A stretch of 64,000 bases of DNA, from the IMG/VR virus record IMGVR_UViG_3300036861_001052, positions 64,001 to 128,000 of that record; one strand, given 5' to 3'. Of the stretch, positions 18,439-27,483 are shown piece after piece. Under the pieces are notes generated by a model that saw only the letters and a program-made list of their open reading frames with translations, was not told where the DNA came from and did not search any database. A program made the position numbers and the translations under genes. Each line of letters starts with the position of its first letter. Position 1 is the first letter of the stretch. Source of the stretch: a virus.

Positions 18439-19049
18439 TGTCGAACTTCGGTCCCATCGCGTACGAAGACTTCTCCCAGCTGAACGCTCGGTGGGGAGAG
18501 GCGCGGCCTGCCGTTGCCGGTCTCGGCGTCGTGTCGGGGCCGCACGACTACGTCGATCTCTCCTACCTGAACGCCCACTACCGGCCGATCCAGCCGGCGG
18601 GCGTCGGCATGGGAAACGGGATCCTCTCCTCGAACTCGCTCGGCATGCTGTCGGGCGGAGGGCTCGGCGAAGATCCGAGCTATCCCTGGCGGGAGTACAG
18701 CGCGGACACGAAGGCGCTCCAGCAAGCGACCAACGAGGCCCTCCAGGCGCACGGCTACGCCCCGATCACGGCCGACGGAAAGCTCGGGCCCGCGACGTGC
18801 GGCGCCATCCGCGCCATGTGCCAGTACGCCGGCGCGGGCTGCGAGGCTCCGGGGACCTGTCAGGACTTCGCGGCGCCTGTGAAGGCTGGCGGCGGCTCGC
18901 TCCTCTCGAAGTCGACCGGGACGAAGACGACGACCGCGTCGCGCGCGAGCATGTTCGGGGGCGGCGGCACGAACTGGATGCTCATCGGCGGCGCGATCGC
19001 TGCGGTCGCGGTCGGCGGCGCCATCATCTACAAGGCGGCGAAGAAATAG
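18438..19049 (+). CDS. Tail-anchored protein with peptidoglycan-binding-like domain
   Basis: TKALQQATN...ADGKLGPAT; VAGLG, GGLGE; TM + KK. Confidence 0.8.
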   Translation: MSNFGPIAYEDFSQLNARWGEARPAVAGLGVVSGPHDYVDLSYLNAHYRPIQPAGVGMGNGILSSNSLGMLSGGGLGEDPSYPWREYSADTKALQQATNEALQAHGYAPITADGKLGPATCGAIRAMCQYAGAGCEAPGTCQDFAAPVKAGGGSLLSKSTGTKTTTASRASMFGGGGTNWMLIGGAIAAVAVGGAIIYKAAKK

Positions 19050-19421
19050 ATGCCGACTCCGATCGACGTCGTGCAGTCCCGGCTCGGTGTCCCGCGATCG
19101 GGACACTGGGATAGGACCACCGACGGGGCGATCCTCGCCTACCAGTCGAGCGGCAAGGGTCAGTACCCGATGCGGCCGACGGGGCATCCCGATCCGGCGA
19201 CGCTCGCCAATCTCGGCTACTTCGATCCCAAAGAGATGCTCCCCGAGCGCTGGGCGAACTACCTCGGGGGCGGGGCTAAACCGGGGACGTTCGGGAGGGA
19301 CGTCCGGACGGCGATCGATCAGGTCCCGCGCTGGGCGTGGGGCACGGTTGCCGCGGCGTTTTCGGTGTTCGCGATCATGGCGTACCGGACCGATCGAAAG
19401 CGCGAGAAAGGCGGCCGCTAG
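19050..19421 (+). CDS. Peptidoglycan-binding-like tail-anchored protein
   Basis: VQSRLGV..SG.WD..T..AI.AYQ...TG..D.AT...LG; TM + basic tail. Confidence 0.7.
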   Translation: MPTPIDVVQSRLGVPRSGHWDRTTDGAILAYQSSGKGQYPMRPTGHPDPATLANLGYFDPKEMLPERWANYLGGGAKPGTFGRDVRTAIDQVPRWAWGTVAAAFSVFAIMAYRTDRKREKGGR

Positions 19422-20302
19422 TGCTCGGAGATCTCGCCGACATGTACGACGAGCTCGCCGGAGCTCCGGGGATCCCGTGGGCGGGCCTCACGGCCGACGG
19501 CCACGGCATCGAGGAGAACGGCTACGACCCGACGTACATGGACTACATGCTCAAAGACGGAGCGGAGTTCTTCGGCGTCGTCGGAAGCCTCGGCCCGGAC
19601 TTCGTAGCGAAGTATCGGACGCTCCGTGAAGATGAAGGGCGCGCGAGCGTGACGCGCATCATGGCGATCATCGATCAGATGGGCACCGACGTCTGGCAGG
19701 CGGTGAAAGACGGCGACTGGGACGCCTTCGTGGCCTTGCCGCGAACGACGACCGTCGATGCGTTCGCGGCGCTTGCGGCCGCTGCCGCCAACGGCGCCTT
19801 CCTCCACTACGACGGCATCATGGAAGCGGCGATGCGGGCGAAGAAGCTCAAGCCCGCCGAGGTCGTCTCCCACGCGAACAACGTGACGAAGGTCTTTCAG
19901 ACGTTCGTGGACCTCGACAAGAACGGTCACTTCGCCGACTTGAAGAAGAAGCCGCCGCCCGTGGCGGGTCTCGGCCTCGCGCCGGCTCTCATTGCGGCCA
20001 TCGTCGCCATCGGCGTCGTGCTGCTCCTCGGGCTCTGCTATCTCATCTACGTCATAAAGCTCGCCGCCCCTGCGCAGCAGAAGGCGCTCGAGTGGTGCGA
20101 CAAGGTTGCCAAGGAGGGATCCAAGGAAGACGCGATGGCGTGCGCAAATCTCGCCGCCAGCATGGAGCAAAAGGGAAACCCGCTCCTCGGTAACATCTTC
20201 GCCCAGGCGCTCACTCCGATTTTCGTGGTGCTCGCCATCGGTGCGGCATTCTGGATCGCGCCGACGGTCATTCAGGGGATTCGCAAAACTCGAGCCGCGT
20301 GA
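19421..20302 (+). CDS. Membrane protein (two TMs)
   Basis: VAGLGL precedes first TM. Confidence 0.75.
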   Translation: MLGDLADMYDELAGAPGIPWAGLTADGHGIEENGYDPTYMDYMLKDGAEFFGVVGSLGPDFVAKYRTLREDEGRASVTRIMAIIDQMGTDVWQAVKDGDWDAFVALPRTTTVDAFAALAAAAANGAFLHYDGIMEAAMRAKKLKPAEVVSHANNVTKVFQTFVDLDKNGHFADLKKKPPPVAGLGLAPALIAAIVAIGVVLLLGLCYLIYVIKLAAPAQQKALEWCDKVAKEGSKEDAMACANLAASMEQKGNPLLGNIFAQALTPIFVVLAIGAAFWIAPTVIQGIRKTRAA

Positions 20303-20652
20303 TGTCGACGCTCATCTACTCGAGGTGGCGTCCGGACGAAGGTGGCTACGACTACTTTCAGTCCTCGCTCCGCCAGAACATCAACGACGATCTGCCCGCG
20401 CCCGAGCTCGTGGCCTCGAAGATCGGCGTGCCGTCGATCGAGGCGGGGCGGCCCATTCCGAATGACTCGGTGCCCATCGGAAGCGGCGAGGTGGCAGTGG
20501 GCCTCGTCGCCCCGGTCGACAGCTCGCGCATCGTCCGGAGGACGCGGTCCCTTTCCGGGAGCGATCCCATGAGCGTCTACAAGAGCCCGTGGTTTTATCT
20601 CGGCGGCGCGATCGCCGTCGGCCTCATCTATATGGTCATGAAGGACAAGTGA
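20302..20652 (+). CDS. Tail-anchored protein
   Basis: C-terminal TM + KDK. Confidence 0.75.
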   Translation: MSTLIYSRWRPDEGGYDYFQSSLRQNINDDLPAPELVASKIGVPSIEAGRPIPNDSVPIGSGEVAVGLVAPVDSSRIVRRTRSLSGSDPMSVYKSPWFYLGGAIAVGLIYMVMKDK

Positions 20653-21218
20653 TGACGGTCCGGGTCATAGAAACCAAGGACGTCGCTACGAAAACGTTCG
20701 AGACGTTTTACGATCGGCCAAGCAAGAGGGAGATCCCGCTCGAGTTCGGGTGGCCGAAGGAGCTCCAGGAGGTCGGCGTCGGCAAAGCGGAGATGTACAC
20801 CTCGAACAAGTGGAAAAAGAGCCGCTCGGACTTCGAGGACTACAAGCACGTCGCCGAGGGCCTTCGCACGGTGTACGCCGAGCCCGGCTTTCTGCGAGTT
20901 GGCGCGCACCCGGCGCGCATGATGCCGGTCTACGGACCGATGGCGAGCTTCGAGGAGCCGATGCCGAAGCACTTCGCGAGGCTCGGGCCGCTTCTCGGTG
21001 TGCAGGTCAGGCTCTACGACCGGGACGACAAGGGTGAGCTCTACGTGCCGGGCGGCGACGATCGGGTCTACGAGGTCGAGATTGCGCGCGCCTGGCTCGG
21101 CTCGGCCAGGCACCCAGGCACCAAAGAGACCTTCCTCTTCGTGTACACTCCGGATGGCGTCCACATGATCCTCACGGGAGACAAGCTCTCCATCGAAAAG
21201 GACGGCATTGCCGGGTGA
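20652..21218 (+). CDS. Soluble hypothetical protein in structural block
   Basis: TGATG overlap; beta-rich. Confidence 0.75.
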   Translation: MTVRVIETKDVATKTFETFYDRPSKREIPLEFGWPKELQEVGVGKAEMYTSNKWKKSRSDFEDYKHVAEGLRTVYAEPGFLRVGAHPARMMPVYGPMASFEEPMPKHFARLGPLLGVQVRLYDRDDKGELYVPGGDDRVYEVEIARAWLGSARHPGTKETFLFVYTPDGVHMILTGDKLSIEKDGIAG

Positions 21219-23143
21219 CGTATTCTCTCACGGCGTCTGGCCTTTACGTCCCGGAGAGACTCCGGGGCTTGGGCGTCACTCCGCCTCCGCGGATGCCGCT
21301 CCCGCCCGACGCTGGCACTTCGAATAATCCCGCCGACCAGGCGCGCGGCTTCATCCCGCCGGAGGAAGCCGCTGCGGCCCGCAATGCCTACCCGTCGGGG
21401 CAGATGCCGTGGGTACCGACGACGCCGACCGAGGTCGGGCCGTGGGCGAAGGAGCAGGCGAAGCTCTTCGCCTCGAAACAGATCCAGGAGGGCATCGAGC
21501 GCGGTAAGCGGATCTTCGAAGACAAGCTCTCGGGCGCGACCCCGGTCACGGTCGAGCCGTTTCCTCCCATGAAAGAGGACGAGATCGAAGCGTGGGTGAA
21601 GTTTTTCGTCCTTGCCCACGGCTACCCTACGAACGCAGCCGACGGCGTCCGGTTTGCGCGAGAGTTCGTGCTCGCAAACTGCGATCAGATCGGGCTTCCA
21701 CCGGAGTTCATTGCGGCGAGCGATCTGATTCAAAACTTCCCCGACACGCCCGAAGAGGCCGTGACCTGGGCCATTAACCTCGGCTCCTCGTTCCTCGCGT
21801 CGTTCGGCGTGCCGCTCGTGGACGTGTCGGACGCCTCGAGCTTCATCTCCGCGAGCGCGCGGGCGGCCGTTGCTCAGGTCGCTCCGGGCGTGCCGTTTGA
21901 CTTGTTCGAGACGACGTTCGATGCGCTCTCGGACGGGCGCGTGACCTCGGCAGAGGCGAAGGGCATCGTCATCGGCGCCGCGGGCTTCGTCGGCGCCGTG
22001 ATTGGGCAAGCGTTTGGCTTGCCAGCTCCGCTCGGCGCCCTTCTCGGTCAGCTCATCGTCGGAGGCCTGTCCGAGGCATTCGGGTGGGGACCGGACGATT
22101 CGGAAAAGCTCAAGAGCGCGCAGGACGCCGCGGCCGCCGCGGCTGCGACAGCGCACTCGCAGTGCCAAGATCTCTCCATCGCGCTCTGGCTCGAGTACCA
22201 GCACTACTGGGATGCGATCGCAAAGACTCTCGATGCCACCATTCGCCAGAACCAGTCCTGGCTCACGCCAGAAGGCTCCTGCCTCCGAACGAACGGCATC
22301 CGCCTCTTCGGCTCGACGACGCTCGACATCATCCGTGACGGCGCTGGCATGCCCCTCATCACGAACCCCGCCGAAGTGAAGAAGGGCGCGCGGCCGAAGT
22401 ACCGGACCTATCCTGTCAAGATGACGAGGTCGTGCGGCGATGCGCGCGGCTGCCCGTACCTCTCCATGCCGATGGAGAAAATGCTCAGTCGGGATAAGTG
22501 GCCGCTCGCTCCTGACGATCTCCGCCGTGTGCCGTCGATCTCCGCCGGCTCGGCGGGATGCGACGCCACGGGCGCGCTCCTCTTCTGGGGAGCTCGCCGG
22601 TACGTTAATCCCATGCATGTCTTTTACGCCATGCAAGGGAAAGCCAATCAGTGGGTCGAGCCCGACACGTACCGAGCGACCGAGCTCTCGAGCCGGAACG
22701 TCCGCCGCTGGGAAGAAATCGTGCACTCGGACTACGACTACCTCTCGTCGGTCGTCGGCTACGTCGGCACGATCAACTTCGGCACGGCCGTGAGCGAGTG
22801 TCCGGCGCCGGCGTGGGCGGCGTTCATGTTCAAGTCGCTGGAGCAAGCGGCGGCAGCGGTTGCGCTCGTGCAGCGGGATCTCGCGCGCACGGTCTCCGCG
22901 GCGACGACCGAGTACGGAATCAAGTACCACATGGAGCAGGCGGCCCAGGTAAACTGGGAAGTCGCGACCACAACGCAAAAGCGCCAAGCCGCGCGCCAGG
23001 TTGCCGCGCAGGCAGCGGGTCTCCGGCACGCGGTCGTGGAAGCGAAGCGGCGCGGTCGCGAAAAGTCCGACCTCTTGAATTACGGCCTCCTCGCTGCGGG
23101 CGGCGCGGCCGTCTTCGGGCTAGCTCTCGGGAGCAAGCGATGA
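21215..23143 (+). CDS. Large tail-anchored protein with internal Gly/Ala hydrophobic hairpin
   Basis: LRGLG near N-terminus; IVIGAAGFVGAVIGQAFGLPAPLGALLGQLIVGG; C-terminal TM + KR. Confidence 0.8.
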   Translation: MTYSLTASGLYVPERLRGLGVTPPPRMPLPPDAGTSNNPADQARGFIPPEEAAAARNAYPSGQMPWVPTTPTEVGPWAKEQAKLFASKQIQEGIERGKRIFEDKLSGATPVTVEPFPPMKEDEIEAWVKFFVLAHGYPTNAADGVRFAREFVLANCDQIGLPPEFIAASDLIQNFPDTPEEAVTWAINLGSSFLASFGVPLVDVSDASSFISASARAAVAQVAPGVPFDLFETTFDALSDGRVTSAEAKGIVIGAAGFVGAVIGQAFGLPAPLGALLGQLIVGGLSEAFGWGPDDSEKLKSAQDAAAAAAATAHSQCQDLSIALWLEYQHYWDAIAKTLDATIRQNQSWLTPEGSCLRTNGIRLFGSTTLDIIRDGAGMPLITNPAEVKKGARPKYRTYPVKMTRSCGDARGCPYLSMPMEKMLSRDKWPLAPDDLRRVPSISAGSAGCDATGALLFWGARRYVNPMHVFYAMQGKANQWVEPDTYRATELSSRNVRRWEEIVHSDYDYLSSVVGYVGTINFGTAVSECPAPAWAAFMFKSLEQAAAAVALVQRDLARTVSAATTEYGIKYHMEQAAQVNWEVATTTQKRQAARQVAAQAAGLRHAVVEAKRRGREKSDLLNYGLLAAGGAAVFGLALGSKR

Positions 23144-23289
23144 CCGACGCCGACGTGAAGAAGGCCCTCCTGGCGATCGCCGCCGAGCTCAAGCGCCAGG
23201 AGCACGCGGAGATCCGCCTCGGCATCATCGGTCTCATCGGACTCGGTCTCATCGGAACCGCTGGCTACTTCCTCTGGAGGAAGCGGTGA
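23140..23289 (+). CDS. Very small tail-anchored protein
   Basis: ATGA-coupled; TM + WRKR. Confidence 0.7.
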   Translation: MTDADVKKALLAIAAELKRQEHAEIRLGIIGLIGLGLIGTAGYFLWRKR

Positions 23290-24335
23290 CCTACAGCGGG
23301 CTAGGATTCGGCTTCTTCACGGAGCCGTGCGGCATCAACGTGGAAGGCACGGATCATTTCGTGGCCGGCCCGACCTATCAGGCGCTCGAGACCGTGGCGC
23401 AGGACACCGTCACCGTGCTCCTTTCGGGGCACGGCAACGTGCAGCTCTGCGGAAATCTCCTCCCCTACGTGGCTCCGGCTCCAGGAGTAGCGGCCGTCTT
23501 CGGGGCGCACGAGCAAACGGCGCGGCTGATTGCAGCGACCGTGCTCGCTTCGCTCATGGAGCAAGAGAGGAGGAAGGCCCACGGGACTCGAGCCTCGACC
23601 CGCATGCTCGCCGAGAGGCTCGTCCCGGAGATCGTGCAGACGCTGACGCACAACGGAGACCCCGCGGCCTGTCAGATCGAGTTCGAGGCGTCGTTTCGGA
23701 ACTGGTCGGGCCTCTCGGCGCTGAAAGTGCCGACGACGGTCTCGAAGACCGGCTGGTGCGAGAAGAGCCTCGCTCTGCCGTGGGATAGTGCCGGCCACAT
23801 CCGGTCGTGCGAGGCGCAAGCGATCTGCAAATCTGTCATCGGCGCGGGCGGGGCGATCCAGTACGTCACGAGCCCTCCGCCGGCTCCGACCGATCCGCGC
23901 GTGGCCGCGAGCGCGCCCGGGACGACGCCGTCGCCGCCTCCGACGAAAGCGGAGATCGAGGCGGAAGTCCGCCGGAAGATGGTGGCGAGCGGAGAGACCG
24001 TAGCGGACCGAGAGAACAAGCAGGAGTTCACAGAGCTCGCGGCGTACTTGAAGGCGCTCGGAGAGGCGCGGCGCTACCTCACGATGGCGCTCGGGATCCC
24101 GGACAAGTCGACCGACGCGGCCGTAGCCGCGGCGCTCGGTCACGAGGGGATCGCCACGGCAGAGGTGCTCGACTGGTTTTTGGGCTGTAACTTCGAGCCC
24201 GGCTGCTTTCGCGAGCAGATGAATCTCTCGCTCGGCGAGGCGAGGCGCTACTCGAGAGACACGCGCGCGAAGATCGCTGTCGCCGTGGGAGGAGTCCTCG
24301 CCGTGGGATTTCTCCTCTTTAGGTGGAGACGCTGA
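23286..24335 (+). CDS. Tail-anchored protein
   Basis: Starts xTYSGLG; ends TM + RWRR. Confidence 0.8.
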   Translation: MTYSGLGFGFFTEPCGINVEGTDHFVAGPTYQALETVAQDTVTVLLSGHGNVQLCGNLLPYVAPAPGVAAVFGAHEQTARLIAATVLASLMEQERRKAHGTRASTRMLAERLVPEIVQTLTHNGDPAACQIEFEASFRNWSGLSALKVPTTVSKTGWCEKSLALPWDSAGHIRSCEAQAICKSVIGAGGAIQYVTSPPPAPTDPRVAASAPGTTPSPPPTKAEIEAEVRRKMVASGETVADRENKQEFTELAAYLKALGEARRYLTMALGIPDKSTDAAVAAALGHEGIATAEVLDWFLGCNFEPGCFREQMNLSLGEARRYSRDTRAKIAVAVGGVLAVGFLLFRWRR

Positions 24336-24694
24336 TGCCGCCGCCACCACTCTTGAAGGCGCCGAGCTGGGAGCAGGGGCGCCCCGCGCGAAACCTCGCG
24401 TACGTTGCCGTGCTTTTACAGGAAGCACACATCGACCCGAAGAAGATCCCGAAAGGTCAGGTCATCTTTGCGCTGGCAACGCCGTACGAGCAGCGCGGCG
24501 TGACGGGCAGAGACATCGAGCGCTGGGCGCTCGAATGCGATCCGGCTAAAAAGCCCGCCTGGGATCCGGTCGAGTGCTTCCGAAAGAAGGCCCGGGCGGC
24601 GATGGCGCCACGGCCAGGGCTCGGCACCAAGGTCGCGCTCATCGCCGGAGCCTCGTTTGTGGCGGCTTTTGGCCTTGCGCGCTGGCTCCGGTAG
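24335..24694 (+). CDS. Tail-anchored protein
   Basis: C-terminal TM; W.L.C...P..CFR resembles end of previous protein. Confidence 0.7.
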   Translation: MPPPPLLKAPSWEQGRPARNLAYVAVLLQEAHIDPKKIPKGQVIFALATPYEQRGVTGRDIERWALECDPAKKPAWDPVECFRKKARAAMAPRPGLGTKVALIAGASFVAAFGLARWLR

Positions 24695-24722
24695 CCCTTC
24701 CGGCCCGAGGGAAACGCCGGTG

Positions 24723-24751
24723 TTGACGGCGTTTCGGGCAGAGGCTAGTCT
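24723..24751 (+). promoter_or_regulatory. Sigma70-like promoter of core/capsid operon
   Basis: TTGACG-17nt-TAGTCT in intergenic gap. Confidence 0.6.
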
Positions 24752-24815
24752 CAGTTCTTAGTTAGCGGGCGCCTTCCCGACGCCTCGCGACCCCTAGTGG
24801 TTTGCGAGAAGAGTC

Positions 24816-27272
24816 GTGAGAGGCAAGCACAAAGCGTACGGTCGAGCGTTTCCAATCCGGGAAGCGGACGTCGGCTCGTACAAGGTAGCGCGTCACCGTC
24901 CCTATCGAGCGAATCCGATGGGCGTGACGACGCTGTCGAGCGTCAACGGCCCGGGCGCGTATTCCGCGCGTGCGGCCTCGAGTGGGCTTTCCCGCGCCGA
25001 GCGTCTGCGGCGCGCGCGCCGGCTCATGGAGAACCGAAGCATGCAAGGACACAAGGTGCACAGGGCCAAGTTCGTACGGCGCATGAAGGCAAACAGCGGT
25101 CGGATGACCTCGAACGCTGCCCGACGCCGCGCGGGCAAACGCCTCGCTGCGTTTCAGGCAGCTCGGCGTCGTGGGCTTTCGAAGGAAGCGGCGATGCGGA
25201 GCGCGTCCCGGAAGTTTCCGAAGAGTCGCCGGCGTGGCTACCGCCGAAACGAGGGACCGGCTCAGGTCGCTTCCCCCGCCTACCGGTCGGGCCACGAGCG
25301 GATCTACGGGAAAAAGGCTCAGCGAAGGCGCGCCGCCGCGGCAAAGCGGAAAGCGCATCGCGCCGAGGTCGCCGCGCGTAAGCGCGCTCGTAAGGCTGCC
25401 GCTCGCGCGAAGAAGCGCGCAGCGATGACGCCGGAAAAGCGCGCTTCGCTCCGAAAGCGCCGCCGCAGGGCGAGCTTTCCTAAGCAGTACAAGAAGGTGC
25501 GGGGCCGAAGGGGCAAGATGCACCGAGTGCGAGTGGCGTACGGACCGTACCGCCGCGCGCGCCTTTCCGATCCGAGGTCAGGCCGAAAGCGCCTCTCCTA
25601 CACCTATCGAGGCAAACGCGGCAAACGCCGCAAGATTCCGCAGTGGGCCGTTGCCGGAGCAGTCAGTGCGCGCGACTACAAGACGTCGAGCGTGTACGGG
25701 CGCGCCCGGGAGCGGATCGCACGGCGTCGTAAACGTGCTGCCGCTCGCGTAGAGCGCAGCGGAGATGCGTTCGTTCCGAACGCGGGAGCAAGAAAAGTGG
25801 CAAGACGAAGAAAGCGAAAAGGGCACAAGCGTTCCCGCCGGGGACGTCGCAAGGTGAAACGGACGCGCGGTCGCGCGCGGCGCCGATCGGCGGGTCACAC
25901 CGTCCGCAGGCGCAAGAGGCGCAAGTCAGCGAGCCGCCGGACAGCCCGGAAGCACCGTGCGAGCCCGCATCGCCGGAAGAAGCGTCGTGCGCACGCGAAG
26001 AGGCGTTCCACGCGCCGCCGGTCCAAGCGCCGGTCGCACCCGCGTCGGATCGGTCGCCGCAAGGTGAGGCGCCTGAGAAAAGGCATCTACCTGGTCGCGA
26101 ACCGCCGTCGCCGTCGCTCGCGCCGCCGCTACGAGGAAAACCGCAGGGTCCGCCGGCATCGTCGTCGGAAGCTCGCGGCAAATCCGCGTCGCAGGCGTCG
26201 CTCGCGGCGTCACGTCGCAAACCGCAGGCGCCGAACGCATCGGCGTCGGAGCTACCGTCGTAACCGGAGCTACCGCCGTAACGGCTTCATGGGCGACTTG
26301 AAGACGCTCGCGAAGATGGGCTTCCTGGTCCTCGGCGGCTTCTTCCTCCACAAGGGGATCACGGGCGGAATCATTCGGGCGCTGACGTCTACGGACGCCT
26401 CGACCGGAGCGATGACGTTCGCCTCGCTGCCGATGATCGGAGCCGACGGCAAACCGACGGTTCTCGCGACTTGGCAGAAGCCGCTCGTCGGAGGCCTGTT
26501 CGGCGGTCTCGGCATCTTCGGGATCTCCAAGCTCCCGATGAAGTCGGACACCCGGAATGCGCTGTCAGCGGGCGTGGTGACGTCGTTCCTTCAGAGCCTC
26601 GTCCACACGATCCTGACTGTCGCAAACCAGCCGGAGGTCCTCTCCTATCTCGAGGGTTACCAGAACAGCGCAGCGTACTCGCTCCGCGGTACCCGAGGGA
26701 AACGGCGCCGTCACCCGATGCGAGGCCTCGGCGTCGCACGGAACGCGACGTCGATCATGCCGCACTACGCACCTGTCGGACAGTTCCAGCAGGCCGCAGC
26801 CGGCATGGGCGAGTACTTCGCGGCTCAGAGCGGCATGGGTGAGTACTTCGCGGGTCCCGGCGTCGAAGGCGTCGGTCACTACGAGAAGGCTGGCCCCTTG
26901 GCGCTTCAGCCCTCGACGAGCCGGATGGGTAACCTTCCGATCGACGACGGCATTCGCCCCGACTCGAACCTCGACCACGTGATGGATCTCGCGGAAAGCG
27001 CGGCCGGTCTCGGCCAAGGTTTCCGTCAGGCCGCCGCGGGAGTCGGGGCGGGCCCGGGTTACCGGCAGGCAGCTGCCGGTATGGGCGAGTACTTCTCGGC
27101 TGCCCCGCAAGACGGCGGCTACAAGGAGTTCTCGGTCCCGACGCAGTCGCAGTGGATCCCCTCGGGGCCCCTCTGGGCCGGCACGATGAGTGCCGACGCT
27201 GCGTACACGGAGAGCGAGCTCCCGGCTGGGATCCTCCAGGGTCCTGGCGGAAACGGAGTGCTCTCGGGCTGA
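24816..27272 (+). CDS. Protamine-like Arg/Lys-rich membrane polyprotein; candidate DNA-condensing core protein
   Basis: About 490 aa of R/K-rich sequence, hydrophobic segments, MRGLG, three GMGEYF repeats. Confidence 0.8.
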   Translation: MRGKHKAYGRAFPIREADVGSYKVARHRPYRANPMGVTTLSSVNGPGAYSARAASSGLSRAERLRRARRLMENRSMQGHKVHRAKFVRRMKANSGRMTSNAARRRAGKRLAAFQAARRRGLSKEAAMRSASRKFPKSRRRGYRRNEGPAQVASPAYRSGHERIYGKKAQRRRAAAAKRKAHRAEVAARKRARKAAARAKKRAAMTPEKRASLRKRRRRASFPKQYKKVRGRRGKMHRVRVAYGPYRRARLSDPRSGRKRLSYTYRGKRGKRRKIPQWAVAGAVSARDYKTSSVYGRARERIARRRKRAAARVERSGDAFVPNAGARKVARRRKRKGHKRSRRGRRKVKRTRGRARRRSAGHTVRRRKRRKSASRRTARKHRASPHRRKKRRAHAKRRSTRRRSKRRSHPRRIGRRKVRRLRKGIYLVANRRRRRSRRRYEENRRVRRHRRRKLAANPRRRRRSRRHVANRRRRTHRRRSYRRNRSYRRNGFMGDLKTLAKMGFLVLGGFFLHKGITGGIIRALTSTDASTGAMTFASLPMIGADGKPTVLATWQKPLVGGLFGGLGIFGISKLPMKSDTRNALSAGVVTSFLQSLVHTILTVANQPEVLSYLEGYQNSAAYSLRGTRGKRRRHPMRGLGVARNATSIMPHYAPVGQFQQAAAGMGEYFAAQSGMGEYFAGPGVEGVGHYEKAGPLALQPSTSRMGNLPIDDGIRPDSNLDHVMDLAESAAGLGQGFRQAAAGVGAGPGYRQAAAGMGEYFSAAPQDGGYKEFSVPTQSQWIPSGPLWAGTMSADAAYTESELPAGILQGPGGNGVLSG

Positions 27273-27447
27273 GCTGTAGCGCTTAACACCGCCGGCCCCG
27301 GTAGGACGAGCGCGCCTCACCGCTCTCGAGCCCCGGGGCAGCGGTGTCAGAACCGACCGGCGGAAAAGCCCCGAAAGGGGCCGGGACGACACCCGACCAA
27401 AACGGATCTTCCGGTCACCCACCCGTTTCCAAAGGAAACATACCAAC

Positions 27448-27483
27448 ATGGCAAAACTGACGAACGTCAGAGAGCGTGTGCAT
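27448..27483 (+). CDS. Putative major capsid protein, exon 1
   Basis: AAAGGAAA RBS; MAKLTNVRERVH, ends in T at the predicted 5' splice site. Confidence 0.8.

Noticed and set aside
24816-26290. Possibility that the Arg-rich ORF is itself a shadow frame
   Set aside because: It follows a good promoter, is rich in Lys and Tyr as well as Arg, has a regular Asn motif, runs in frame into TM and repeat regions, and no better ORF covers the interval
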